Shown: positions 17,420 through 26,383 of the stretch, piece by piece | Position numbering within the stretch: the stretch's first letter is position 1 | How the letters are laid out: the number at the start of each line of letters is the position of its first letter | Assembly: GCA_030586555.1 (NCBI GenBank) | Contig: JAURAC010000023.1 | Coordinates: 1 to 54,632, forward strand | From: Candidatus Subterrananammoxibius californiae | Lineage (GTDB): Bacteria; Planctomycetota; Brocadiia; Brocadiales; Subterrananammoxibiaceae | Length of the DNA stretch: 54,632 nucleotides | Reading direction: 5' to 3' | Program-made: the position numbers and the translations under genes | The notes under the pieces: model-generated | Told to the model about the DNA's origin: nothing | What the model saw: only the letters and a program-made list of their open reading frames with translations | Database searches by the model: none

Positions 17420-18159
17420 TGGAAAGGAACCGAAATTTCAACATACTGATGGTTTGCATAGCGCTATTCTTTATCATAAATATAGTGCTGGTAGCAGTAG
17501 GTCACTTAAAGATTGGGGCAGGGGGATTTGGAATTATTGTTGCTGCATGTTTGACCCTTGCAATGTATAGCTTTCTCTATAAAGATAATCCTGTCTTCAA
17601 GATTGCAGAAAACCTTTTCGTAGGCGTAACACTCGGTTATACGATAATAACAGTGTGGTATAACGTGCTTAAGCCAGAGGTGTATGACAAGCTAATTGTT
17701 CCGTTTTTTACTGCGGAAGAGCCAAAATATCCCCTATTTATACCAGCAATACTTGGCTGTCTAATGCTAACAAGATTCTCAAGAAGATATTCGTGGCTCA
17801 GCAGGTGGGCGTTTGCCTTTGTCGTTGGACTTGGCGCTGGTAGTGCAATCCCACGGATAATCTCTTCACTTATAATTCAGCAGGTTAAACCGACATTGAG
17901 ACCTGTATTTATAGGTGAAGAAACGATATGGTCCAGCGTCAGCACCTTACTCATCCTTCTTGGGGTTATATCTGTGCTTATATATTTCTTTTTTTCAACG
18001 GAGCATAAAGGTGCTGTGGGAAAGTTTTCAAGGATAGGCATCGTATTTCTAATGATTTCCTTCGGCGCATCGTTTGGTTATACGGTGATGGCAAGGATGT
18101 CCCTCCTCATCGGCCGCCTGCAATTTCTTTTAAAGGACTGGCTTGGGGTACTGCATTAA
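17416..18159 (+). CDS. Hypothetical integral membrane protein
   Basis: About seven TMs; YSFLYKDNPVFKIAENLFVG, FGASFGYTVMARMSLLIGR; overlaps the upstream stop. Confidence 0.75.
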   Translation: MMERNRNFNILMVCIALFFIINIVLVAVGHLKIGAGGFGIIVAACLTLAMYSFLYKDNPVFKIAENLFVGVTLGYTIITVWYNVLKPEVYDKLIVPFFTAEEPKYPLFIPAILGCLMLTRFSRRYSWLSRWAFAFVVGLGAGSAIPRIISSLIIQQVKPTLRPVFIGEETIWSSVSTLLILLGVISVLIYFFFSTEHKGAVGKFSRIGIVFLMISFGASFGYTVMARMSLLIGRLQFLLKDWLGVLH

Positions 18160-18241
18160 AAATTCTAAATCCTAAACAAATACTTGTACTGCTCCCCATT
18201 TGGGCTTTGAATCCCATTTACGGTTCGCACCCAATTTTCTA

Positions 18242-18270
18242 TTGACATGATATAACTTATATCATAAGAT
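18242..18270 (+). promoter_or_regulatory. rpsT promoter with a palindromic spacer
   Basis: TTGACA-17 bp-TAAGAT; 18247-18265 is ATGATATAA-C-TTATATCAT. Confidence 0.6.
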
Positions 18271-18316
18271 AATTACTATTGAAATATAACTACAAGTATT
18301 TTTAAGGAGGAGAAAA

Positions 18317-18589
18317 ATGCCAACGTCTTTATCTGCCAAGAAACGCTTGAGGCAAAATATTAAGCGCCGTTTACGCAATAGAGCAATTAAGTCAGCACTC
18401 AGAACTCAGACCAGAAAATTACGTGAAGCTATAAAAGAAGGAAATATCAACACTGCCAATGAGCAGATGATTATAACAGTAAAAAAGATTGATAAATCAT
18501 GCGCAAAAGGCGTGCTTCATAAAAAAACTGCTTCTCGGATGAAGTCTCGTCTTGCAAATGCCCTTAGCAAACTCAAGGGTGAAAAGTAA
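18317..18589 (+). CDS. rpsT: 30S ribosomal protein S20
   Basis: SAKKRLRQ..RNRAIKSALRT..KGVLHKKTASRMKSRL; AAGGAGG SD. Confidence 0.97.
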   Translation: MPTSLSAKKRLRQNIKRRLRNRAIKSALRTQTRKLREAIKEGNINTANEQMIITVKKIDKSCAKGVLHKKTASRMKSRLANALSKLKGEK

Positions 18590-18596
18590 ACCCCGA

Positions 18597-18628
18597 GGGG
18601 TGGCATGGACAAACTTGTTTGTCCGTGC
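18597..18628 (+). repeat. REP of the GTAGGGTGGCATGGAC family
   Basis: ggggtggcatggacaaacttgtttgtccgtgc. Confidence 0.85.
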
Positions 18629-18661
18629 AGTAAAAGACAATTAAAAACAAGGAGGCTAAAT

Positions 18662-19174
18662 ATGGTTAAGATAGGAGCGCTGGCACCCGATTTTAAACTT
18701 GAGGGATACTATAACGACAAGATTAAAGACTTCTCCCTTAAGGATTACAAGGGTAAATGGATTGTCTTGTTTTTTTATCCCCTTGATTTTACATTCGTTT
18801 GTCCCACCGAGGTTACTGAATTTAGTAAAAGATACAGCGAGTTCAAAAAAGTTAATGCCGAGGTTCTCGGTGTTAGCGTGGACAGTGTTTATTCGCACAA
18901 GGATTGGGTTGAGAAGATTGGGGGATTGAAGTATCCGCTCTTGAGCGATTTTAAGAAGGAAGCAAGCCGAAATTACGAGGTGTTAGTCGAAGAAAAAGGG
19001 TTCGCCTTGAGGGCAACCTTCATTATAGACCCAGACGGGGTCTTTAAATATTTTGTTATGAGTGATGTTAGTGTTGGCAGAAGCGTATCAGAAATATTAC
19101 GCATATTAAACGCCCTGCAGACTGGCAAGCTTTGTCCCGTCGAGTGGAAGCCCGGTGAGAAGACGCTCAATTAA
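18662..19174 (+). CDS. ahpC: 2-Cys peroxiredoxin (AhpC/Prx1)
   Basis: FYPLDFTFVCPTE, LCPVEW; start at ATG 18662 with AAGGAGG SD. Confidence 0.92.
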   Translation: MVKIGALAPDFKLEGYYNDKIKDFSLKDYKGKWIVLFFYPLDFTFVCPTEVTEFSKRYSEFKKVNAEVLGVSVDSVYSHKDWVEKIGGLKYPLLSDFKKEASRNYEVLVEEKGFALRATFIIDPDGVFKYFVMSDVSVGRSVSEILRILNALQTGKLCPVEWKPGEKTLN

Positions 19175-19179
19175 AAAGA

Positions 19180-19290
19180 AGGCTTAAGGCCGATGGCTGA
19201 AGTTAAGAACTTGAGAAGCCGGGAAGATAGGAAGCTCTTAGTTCCTAACTTCCTAACTTCCTAACTTCTTAGCCTCTTCAGCCTATCTTT
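19180..19290. repeat. Head-to-head 8-9-mer tandem repeats between convergent genes
   Basis: gaagttaag/gaagatagg ... (cctaacttc)x3 ... agcctcttcagcct. Confidence 0.6.
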
Positions 19291-21665
19291 TCCCTATCCA
19301 TCAGCCTATCTTTAATGTGAAGCAGGCGCAAGCCGTTAAATATAACCATCAGGGATGCGCCCATGTCAGCCCCGACAGCCATCCAGAGGGTTGCCAACCC
19401 GGGCAACGCAAGGGCAAGGAATATCCCTTTAATCAATATAGAAAGTGCGATATTTTCTTTTATAGTCCCCAGTGTGCGTTTGCTCAGGTTCAGGGCAAAC
19501 GGGAGCTTGAGCAAGTCATCGGACATCAAGGCAACATCCGCCGTTTCGAGGGCTGTGTCCGTTCCTGCAACCCCCATGGCGATTCCCACCGTTGCGGCAG
19601 CAAGGGCAGGGGCGTCATTCACACCATCGCCAACCATCGCTACCTTTCCATATCTCTTAGAAAGGTCTCTAATAATGTTAACCTTATCTTCCGGCGATAG
19701 TTCAGCATGAAACTCACTGATATTTAACTTATCCGCTATCGTTCTTGCCGTTCCAGCGCCGTCACCTGTGAGCATTACGATTTTCTCTATACCGCTATTC
19801 TTAATGTCATTTAATGCCTCCCTGCCATTTTCACGCACATCGTCCGCCACAGAGATAATTCCTATAACAGTCTTATCCGTACCATCACTCTGAGCGTGAC
19901 CAAGAAATATCACCGTTTTACCTTTTGCTTGCATGCCTTTCAAATCAATTACTGCTTCATTGATTGTAAAACCGTGTTCTTTAAACAGTCTGAGGTTGCC
20001 TATATAAAACACCTTGCCGTCTATCTCTGCAAATGTCCCCTTGCCGGGTATAGATTGAAAATTATTTACCTCAAGCGGTATAATATTTTTTGCCCTTGCC
20101 ATTCTGGTAATTGCGTCTGCAATACTATGTTCAGACCGCGCCTCAAGGGAGGCGGCAATCCTTAGAAGCCATTCATGGGAATAAGAATTAAATGGGATTA
20201 TGTCTATCACCTCTGGAACTCCCTTTGTAAGCGTGCCGGTTTTGTCAAACGCCATAACCTTCACGCTACCCGCTTGTTCGAGATAAACGCCGCCTTTTAT
20301 TAATACGCCATTTCTCGCCGCATTTGTGATTCCAGAGACCAGTGATACAGGGGTTGATATAACAAGGGCACACGGACATGAAATGACAAGCAGAACGAGG
20401 GCACGATAGAACCATATATTGAAAGGCGCATGAAAAACAATGGGTGGTATAGTAGCTACAAGTATTGCAAACCCTATGACGGTTGGCGTATAGTAGCTTG
20501 CAAATTTATCTACGAAGCTCTGAAATGGCGCCTTCTGTTTCTGGCATTCTTCTACCATGTGTATAATGCCAGAAAGGGTTGTGTCTTTATAGAGATGCGT
20601 TACCTCAATTTCCAGTGTCCCTTGCTGATTAATGGTACCTGCATAAACCTCATTGCCTTTTAATTTTTCTACAGGTACCGATTCACCTGTAATAGGCGCC
20701 TGGTTGACCGTTGAAAACCCGTTTATTACCCTGCCATCGAGAGGTATCCTTTCTCCCGGTTTTACGATAATTGTATCGCCCGCCAGAACCTCTTCTACGA
20801 GAAGGTATCTCTCCTCCCCATTCCTTTTTACAAGGGCTTCCTTTGGGGAGAGTTCCATCAGGGAGTGGAGTGCATTTCTTGCACGGTCAATGGTTTTAGA
20901 TTCCAATAATTGAGCAAGAGCAAATAGGAAGATTACCGTTGCACCCTCAAGCCATTCCCCAATGCAAGCAGCGCCTATAACGGCAATACTCATGAGGAAA
21001 TTCATGTCAAATCTCAAATTTCTTGCCGCAATCAGCCCCTTACGCCCTATTAGATAACCTCCGCTAAACATGGCAAGGATGTATAAGGGAATGGTTCCAA
21101 ACGAGTAAGAAATACCTAATAATGTTGATGTAAAACCTAAAATCACAAATATTCCAGAAAGGGTTGTTGTAAAGACAAGAGAGGTTAAGAAGTTTGCCTT
21201 TTCGCCTCTTAGCCTTTTTGCCTTTTCGCCTCTTAGGAATACCTCCATTCCGGTTTCTTTAAGGGCTTTTAAGATGTTGGCGGTTGGGAGAACCTTTTCG
21301 TCATGTTCCACTACGACCTCGCTGGAAATTAAAAGTACATCAAATTTTTTAATCCCTGCAAGTGCATTAAGCTTCTTTTTAATAATTGCAGCCTCGTCCT
21401 CACAATCCATACCTTCTATGCTGAACACGGTGGGTATTGTATTAGACCGTTCTACTTCGTAGCCAATTCTTTCCACTTCCTTTTCAATGTTTTTCTTATT
21501 CACATCTGTGCTATTTAGCTCCACCTTGAGCCTCGATGTGGAGAGGTCCACCTTTACAGCCTTAACCCCATTAAGCTTTGATACTGTGCGCTCTATCTGT
21601 GTGGCGCAATCGGCGCAGTTCAGCCCGTTGATACGCAATTCTATCGTCTTTATATCCTTCTTCAT
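19278..21665 (-). CDS. cadA: P1B-2 heavy-metal (Zn/Cd/Pb) translocating ATPase
   Basis: HMA motifs CADC and CEDE, TGES, SCPCAL, DKTGTLT, SEH, GDGVNDAP. Confidence 0.9.
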   Translation of the reverse strand: MKKDIKTIELRINGLNCADCATQIERTVSKLNGVKAVKVDLSTSRLKVELNSTDVNKKNIEKEVERIGYEVERSNTIPTVFSIEGMDCEDEAAIIKKKLNALAGIKKFDVLLISSEVVVEHDEKVLPTANILKALKETGMEVFLRGEKAKRLRGEKANFLTSLVFTTTLSGIFVILGFTSTLLGISYSFGTIPLYILAMFSGGYLIGRKGLIAARNLRFDMNFLMSIAVIGAACIGEWLEGATVIFLFALAQLLESKTIDRARNALHSLMELSPKEALVKRNGEERYLLVEEVLAGDTIIVKPGERIPLDGRVINGFSTVNQAPITGESVPVEKLKGNEVYAGTINQQGTLEIEVTHLYKDTTLSGIIHMVEECQKQKAPFQSFVDKFASYYTPTVIGFAILVATIPPIVFHAPFNIWFYRALVLLVISCPCALVISTPVSLVSGITNAARNGVLIKGGVYLEQAGSVKVMAFDKTGTLTKGVPEVIDIIPFNSYSHEWLLRIAASLEARSEHSIADAITRMARAKNIIPLEVNNFQSIPGKGTFAEIDGKVFYIGNLRLFKEHGFTINEAVIDLKGMQAKGKTVIFLGHAQSDGTDKTVIGIISVADDVRENGREALNDIKNSGIEKIVMLTGDGAGTARTIADKLNISEFHAELSPEDKVNIIRDLSKRYGKVAMVGDGVNDAPALAAATVGIAMGVAGTDTALETADVALMSDDLLKLPFALNLSKRTLGTIKENIALSILIKGIFLALALPGLATLWMAVGADMGASLMVIFNGLRLLHIKDRLMDREKIG

Positions 21666-21703
21666 ATTAAGTTTAATCCATACCTTCGTTGTCATGTCGA
21701 GAG

Positions 21704-21804
21704 GGTAGATAACGAACCCACCCGAAAAACGGCGGGCTTTAAGCTTTATGTTCGTTGAAAATCAACGCGCCCACAAAGTGGGCACCCGAACCTCGTTGTC
21801 TACC
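21704..21804. repeat. REP doublet of the GGTAGACAAC family with nested hairpins; supplies the ArsR stop
   Basis: ggtagataacgaac ... gttcgttg ... gcccacaaagtgggc ... cgttgtctacc. Confidence 0.8.
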
Positions 21805-22174
21805 GTCTTTCTTCCACGTGTTTGAGCCCCTCGTTAAAAATCCGCCCAATATGAGCATCGTCTAAGGAATAGTAAGCTATCCTCCCTGCCTTATGATATT
21901 TTACAAGGCGCAGATTTCTAAGTATCCTTAACTGGTGCGAAACGGCAGATGTGCTGATAGTGAGAAGGTGGGCGATATCACAAACGCACAATTCTTCTTT
22001 AAAGAGGGCAAAGATAATTTTAAGCCTCGTAGGGTCTCCGAGGGCTGCAAATGTTTCCGCAAGGTTATAAATAGTCCTTTCCGGCTTCATCAACCTTTTA
22101 ACGGCTTTTGCCTTCCGTTCATCAATAAAATGCACCTCACAGACGTCATCCATACGGCTTTTAACCTTTAGCAT
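21800..22174 (-). CDS. ArsR/SmtB (CadC/ZiaR-like) metal-sensing repressor
   Basis: LGDPTRLKI, ELCVCDIA, SAVSHQLRILR, alpha5 site DDAH..H.E. Confidence 0.92.
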   Translation of the reverse strand: MLKVKSRMDDVCEVHFIDERKAKAVKRLMKPERTIYNLAETFAALGDPTRLKIIFALFKEELCVCDIAHLLTISTSAVSHQLRILRNLRLVKYHKAGRIAYYSLDDAHIGRIFNEGLKHVEERR

Positions 22175-22197
22175 TAGATTCCCCTTCAAAAAGAAAG

Positions 22198-22221
22198 ATA
22201 TGTGAACAGTTGTTCAAGTGT
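22198..22221. promoter_or_regulatory. SmtB/CadC-type operator
   Basis: TGAACA-GT-TGTTCA inverted repeat directly upstream of the repressor. Confidence 0.75.
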
Positions 22222-22320
22222 ACAAACATCAAATATACACCTTTGTAGTGAAAATATCAAGTATTTTTTGGAAGAGGTTATTGACACAAGCCCGATGTCT
22301 GATGTATCTTTAATTTTAGG

Positions 22321-23271
22321 ATGAATATTATCTCGGTGAGCAGGCGGACAGATGTCCCCGCATTCTATAGCACGTGGTTTATGAACCGGGTGCGCGAGGG
22401 TCGGGTAAGATATGCTAATCCTTTTGGTGGGCAGCAATATGAGGTGTCCCTTTTGCCAGAGGACGTTCATGCATTCGTCTTCTGGTCAAAGGACTACAAG
22501 CCTATGATAAAACACCTGACGGAGTTAGAATCGAGGGGATATGATTTTTATTTTCACTTTACAATAACAGGTCTTTCCGCCTTAGGCGGATTATTTGAAG
22601 GGCATGTTCCCCCTGCTAAAGAGGCAATTAAGACATTTAAAATGCTTTCTGAGCGATACGGGCAAAAGCGTGTTATATGGCGCTTTGACCCTATAATTAT
22701 CTCTAATATTACGGGTCCTGATTATTACAAGGCAATTTTTACAGAGATTGCTGCCCATCTTAAAGGGGCGACAGAACGATGCTACTTCAGCTTCGTATGC
22801 CTTTATGAAAAGGTTCGGAAAAATCTGCTGAAACTTGCTCGCCCCAAAAATGGCGGATTTACAAAAAGCGCCCAACATGTAATTTGCACGGACCCTGATA
22901 GAACATTTAAGATTTCTCTTGCTAATGACCTCGCCGATATTGCAGGCAAATATGGTATTACCCTTTACTCCTGCTGTGGTGATTATCTTGTTTCTGACAG
23001 AATAAAGAAGGCACAGTGCATTGATGGGGAGCTTTTATATACGCTCTTTCCTCATAAGCCCAAGCAGACTAAGGTAAATCCTACACGGAAGGAATGTGGC
23101 TGCGTGGTGAGCAGGGATATTGGGGCATATGACACCTGCCCGCATGGATGCATCTACTGCTACGCAAATATCAATAAAGCCTTAGCTTATAAACGCTATA
23201 GCGCCCATAATCCAGGGGCAGATATGCTATATAATACCGAAGGCTCCCTCCCCGTTGACGGGGAGGGGTAG
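22321..23271 (+). CDS. DUF1848 family protein (radical-SAM/SPL-like, C-terminal Cys cluster)
   Basis: IISVSRRTDVPAFY, VFWSK, WRFDPI, CGCVVSRDIGAYDTCPHGCIYCYAN. Confidence 0.85.
   Translation: MNIISVSRRTDVPAFYSTWFMNRVREGRVRYANPFGGQQYEVSLLPEDVHAFVFWSKDYKPMIKHLTELESRGYDFYFHFTITGLSALGGLFEGHVPPAKEAIKTFKMLSERYGQKRVIWRFDPIIISNITGPDYYKAIFTEIAAHLKGATERCYFSFVCLYEKVRKNLLKLARPKNGGFTKSAQHVICTDPDRTFKISLANDLADIAGKYGITLYSCCGDYLVSDRIKKAQCIDGELLYTLFPHKPKQTKVNPTRKECGCVVSRDIGAYDTCPHGCIYCYANINKALAYKRYSAHNPGADMLYNTEGSLPVDGEG
22576..22590. repeat. 15-bp mini-palindrome in frame in DUF1848
   Basis: tccgccttaggcgga encodes SALGG. Confidence 0.7.
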
Positions 23272-23296
23272 ACTGGGATTTTACCTAAAGGTTACG

Positions 23297-23476
23297 CTAT
23301 CTGCACTGGAAATTATTGCCATTCTCCTTGCTACCGCCAATAATAACTACAGTTTTTGTGCCTCCACCTTTGCAACCCTTTACCTTTAAGTTGTATACGC
23401 CATCCTCGAGATTGGTGAAGCGATAACAACCATCGCTGCCTGTTACAACCTCCGCCTGGAGGGCAGATGAGAGTTC
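23297..23476 (-). pseudogene. Start-less remnant of a carboxypeptidase-regulatory/Cna-B-like domain
   Basis: Manual translation ELSSALQAEVVTGSDGCYRFTNLEDGVYNLKVKGCKGGGTKTVVIIGGSKENGNNFQCR*, out of frame with the upstream CDS. Confidence 0.45.
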
Positions 23477-23477
23477 C

Positions 23478-25052
23478 TTATCTAACCATCACCTTAATTA
23501 CACACGTTTGTGGAGAGTTTGAAGCGCCATCTACAGTAATGGTTACCGTACATTCATAATCATCCTTAGCCATTCCAGTAGTATCAATACAAGCCGTAAC
23601 CTTATCCTTACTTCTTGTTGATGTTCCATTTGATGGACTGAGTGTCAGCCAGTTGCAGCCCTCACTTACCGTCCAGTTCAACGTCCCTTTCCCACAATTC
23701 CATACCAAGAATGTCTTACATTTAGTTTTACCCTCTTTTAAGCGAAACGAAATACATGTACGACATATCTTTGGTGGCAATGTTGTCGTAGTTGTAGTAG
23801 ACGTAGTTCTGGTTGTCCTTATAGTTGTGGTAGTCGTAGTGGTTGTTGTGCTTGTAGTCACATAACAAGGAAAGTCTACCAAGAGGTTTGTAACATAAAT
23901 CTCTGCTGCGGTATTTTGTGGAGTTACGTTACTATTGTTAATACTGATATTGGGCTCGACAACTGTGATGTTACTACTACCTACCCCAGAAACGTTAGTA
24001 TCCCCTGCAAAGTTACAGAACGGGTCTGTTGACCCGAATTGATTGAGCTTCAATACCCAGAAGTCCTCGTTTCCAGCACCGAAGGACCGTGTTTCACCAG
24101 CTACAATGTAGCCACCGTCATCGGTCTGCTGGATGGAATCTGCCCAATCAGAAGCGCCTCCCCCGTATGTCTTTTGCCACTGGATGTCGCCATTAGAAGA
24201 AAGCTTCAATACCCAGATGTCAAATCCTCCATTACCAAAGGAGCCTGCGTAACCAGCAACAATATAGCCGTCACTGGTCGGCTGGATGGAATTGGCATAG
24301 TCCCAAAGGCCTCCCCCATAGGTGTTTTGCCACTCGATATCACCGTTTGCATAGAGCTTCAATACCCAAAAGTTATAGCCTGCAGCGCCGAAGGAATTTG
24401 TAAACCCAGCCATAATGTAGCCACCGTCACTGGTCTGTCGGATAGAATTAACCACATCATCGCTACTTTTTCCGTATGTTTTCTGCCACTGGATGTCGCC
24501 ATTAGAAGCAAGTTTCAATACCCAGAAATCCGCATTTCCAGCGCCAAAGGACCGTGTGTAACCAGCCAAGATATAGCCGCCATCACGGGTTTGCTGGACA
24601 GAAGGGGCATTATCAGAATAACTTCCTCCGTAGGTGTTTTGCCACAGAACATCACCATCCGCATTGAGCTTCAATACCCAGAAGTCCTCGCTTCCAGCGC
24701 CAAAGGACCGTGTTTCACCAGCTACAATGTAGCCATCGTCATCGGTTTGCTGGATGGAATTGGTATAATCGGAAGAACCTCCACCGTATGTTTTCTGCCA
24801 TTGGACATCACCGTTAGAAGTAAGCCCCAATACCAAGAAGTCATAGTCTCCAGCACCGAAAGAATTTGTCCAACCAGCCACAACGTAGCCACCGTCATGG
24901 GTCTGCTGGATGGAATTGGCACTATCATGAGAATTTCCCCCATAGGTAACGTCCCACTGGCTATAAGATGACCTTGTAATAAACACAGGAAAAACAGAAA
25001 ACAGGATACAGAATAAATGGCATATTTCAGTTAAGTTATCCCTTTTACGCAT
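23478..25052 (-). CDS. Secreted beta-propeller repeat protein with a Thr-rich linker and a BACON/Ig-like domain
   Basis: About six 53-aa repeats (WQKTYGG..SIQQT.DGGYIVAG.T.SFGAG..DFWVLKL), poly-Thr, NCGKGTLNWTVSE..WLTLSP. Confidence 0.8.
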   Translation of the reverse strand: MRKRDNLTEICHLFCILFSVFPVFITRSSYSQWDVTYGGNSHDSANSIQQTHDGGYVVAGWTNSFGAGDYDFLVLGLTSNGDVQWQKTYGGGSSDYTNSIQQTDDDGYIVAGETRSFGAGSEDFWVLKLNADGDVLWQNTYGGSYSDNAPSVQQTRDGGYILAGYTRSFGAGNADFWVLKLASNGDIQWQKTYGKSSDDVVNSIRQTSDGGYIMAGFTNSFGAAGYNFWVLKLYANGDIEWQNTYGGGLWDYANSIQPTSDGYIVAGYAGSFGNGGFDIWVLKLSSNGDIQWQKTYGGGASDWADSIQQTDDGGYIVAGETRSFGAGNEDFWVLKLNQFGSTDPFCNFAGDTNVSGVGSSNITVVEPNISINNSNVTPQNTAAEIYVTNLLVDFPCYVTTSTTTTTTTTTIRTTRTTSTTTTTTLPPKICRTCISFRLKEGKTKCKTFLVWNCGKGTLNWTVSEGCNWLTLSPSNGTSTRSKDKVTACIDTTGMAKDDYECTVTITVDGASNSPQTCVIKVMVR

Positions 25053-25099
25053 TATAGCCGATCTATAATAAAGTACATTCTCAAAGGTAAAAGAACTTA

Positions 25100-26302
25100 C
25101 TATTTTGGCTCACTACCCTTGTAAACAACAGACGCTTTGTATTTGGCAATAAGCTCGTCAATAAATACCTTGGCTACAGAGGTTATTGGTACTGCCAAAA
25201 GAAGGCCAAGAAAACCAAGTAGCTGACTCCAGATAAGTATTGAGACTATTATTACTACAGGACTGAGCCCGAGCCTTCCTCCCACTATCTTTGGCGTAAG
25301 AAGGGTTCCATCTAACAGTTGTCCAATCCCAAAAACCATAACGACATATATCAGATGCCTCAAGTCATGGTGTTGGATTAAGGACAGTAACATCCCCAGC
25401 GTTATCCCTGCGATTGTTCCCAGGTAGGGTACTATGTTCCCTATGCCCCCGATAAAGCCTATAAGGAAAGCTAACGGCACCCCTGCTATCGTCAAGCCGA
25501 TGCTGTATATAAGTGAAAGTATCATACATACCGTAATCTGGCCCCTGAAAAATCCTCTCAGGTTATCATCCACCTTAGAGACCGTCTCTACAACCCGTTG
25601 CCGCCGAGTCAAAGGAATTAATTCTCTTATCCTTGTTTTGATTGGGTCGAAATCTTTTAATAAATATATGCTCACCACGCTGAATATTATAAAATTGGTC
25701 AACATTCCTATGAAACCGAAGGTGCTGTAAAAGACACGTTTTATAGCCCCGAAGACAAAACCTATCACGTGTGGGGCGTATTTCTTCAGGTCAGGAATTG
25801 CCTCTAAGAGGTCCCTTTTTAACTCTGGATGTTCCTTTTCTACTTTGGACTCTGAACTCCGAACTCCAAATTCTGATTCGCCTTCTAATTGAGGCTTTAA
25901 TATCGCCGTAATGGCAGTTTGTCCGTACTTCTCGATTAACCCCTCAACCCATTTCTGATAATCCGGGTATTTAACCCTTAAAGCGACCACCACCTGTCGT
26001 CCCCCACTTATAGTTTTTGGAATTGCATACGTGAGTATTCCACCGCCTATGAGTGTCATCGTAGTTATAAGTACAGCGATTGCTGCAGAGCGTGGAATGT
26101 GCTTGTTTGAAAGGAATAGCTTCCGGTGTTCAATAAAATCCACTACGGGGTCGAAGATATATGCCACAGTGAACGCCAACAGCAGGGAAATTAACACACC
26201 TTTTAAAAAATAGCAAATTGCCAGAAACATGCCGATAGAAACGACTATCGTCAGCGTCTTTACCCATGCATGCTCAAAGAACCTTTTATCGGTAGTTTTC
26301 AT
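25100..26302 (-). CDS. AI-2E family transporter (PerM-like)
   Basis: AYIFDPVVD, RGFFRGQ, NIVPYLG, LTPKIVG..LGLSP, GLLLAVP. Confidence 0.9.
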   Translation of the reverse strand: MKTTDKRFFEHAWVKTLTIVVSIGMFLAICYFLKGVLISLLLAFTVAYIFDPVVDFIEHRKLFLSNKHIPRSAAIAVLITTMTLIGGGILTYAIPKTISGGRQVVVALRVKYPDYQKWVEGLIEKYGQTAITAILKPQLEGESEFGVRSSESKVEKEHPELKRDLLEAIPDLKKYAPHVIGFVFGAIKRVFYSTFGFIGMLTNFIIFSVVSIYLLKDFDPIKTRIRELIPLTRRQRVVETVSKVDDNLRGFFRGQITVCMILSLIYSIGLTIAGVPLAFLIGFIGGIGNIVPYLGTIAGITLGMLLSLIQHHDLRHLIYVVMVFGIGQLLDGTLLTPKIVGGRLGLSPVVIIVSILIWSQLLGFLGLLLAVPITSVAKVFIDELIAKYKASVVYKGSEPK

Positions 26303-26308
26303 GCTAAT

Positions 26309-26370
26309 GTAGGGGCAGGCCTTGTGCCTGCCATATTATTTTTTCGGGCAACCGCAAGGGTTGCCCCTAC
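26309..26370. repeat. GTAG REP doublet (REPIN-like)
   Basis: gtaggggcaggccttgtgcctgcc ... gggcaaccgcaagggttgcccctac. Confidence 0.88.
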
Positions 26371-26383
26371 ATTTTTTGCCTGT

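Noticed and set aside
18605..18661. N-terminal extensions in the ORF track (ahpC; also tldD, pilU, tdh, kbl, cadA)
   Set aside because: The upstream starts mostly fall in or beside repeat elements; downstream ATGs with SD sequences or family-typical N-termini fit better.
24039..24971. 310-aa plus-strand ORF with internal repeats
   Set aside because: It is the antisense shadow of the repetitive beta-propeller gene and has no independent signal or motif.
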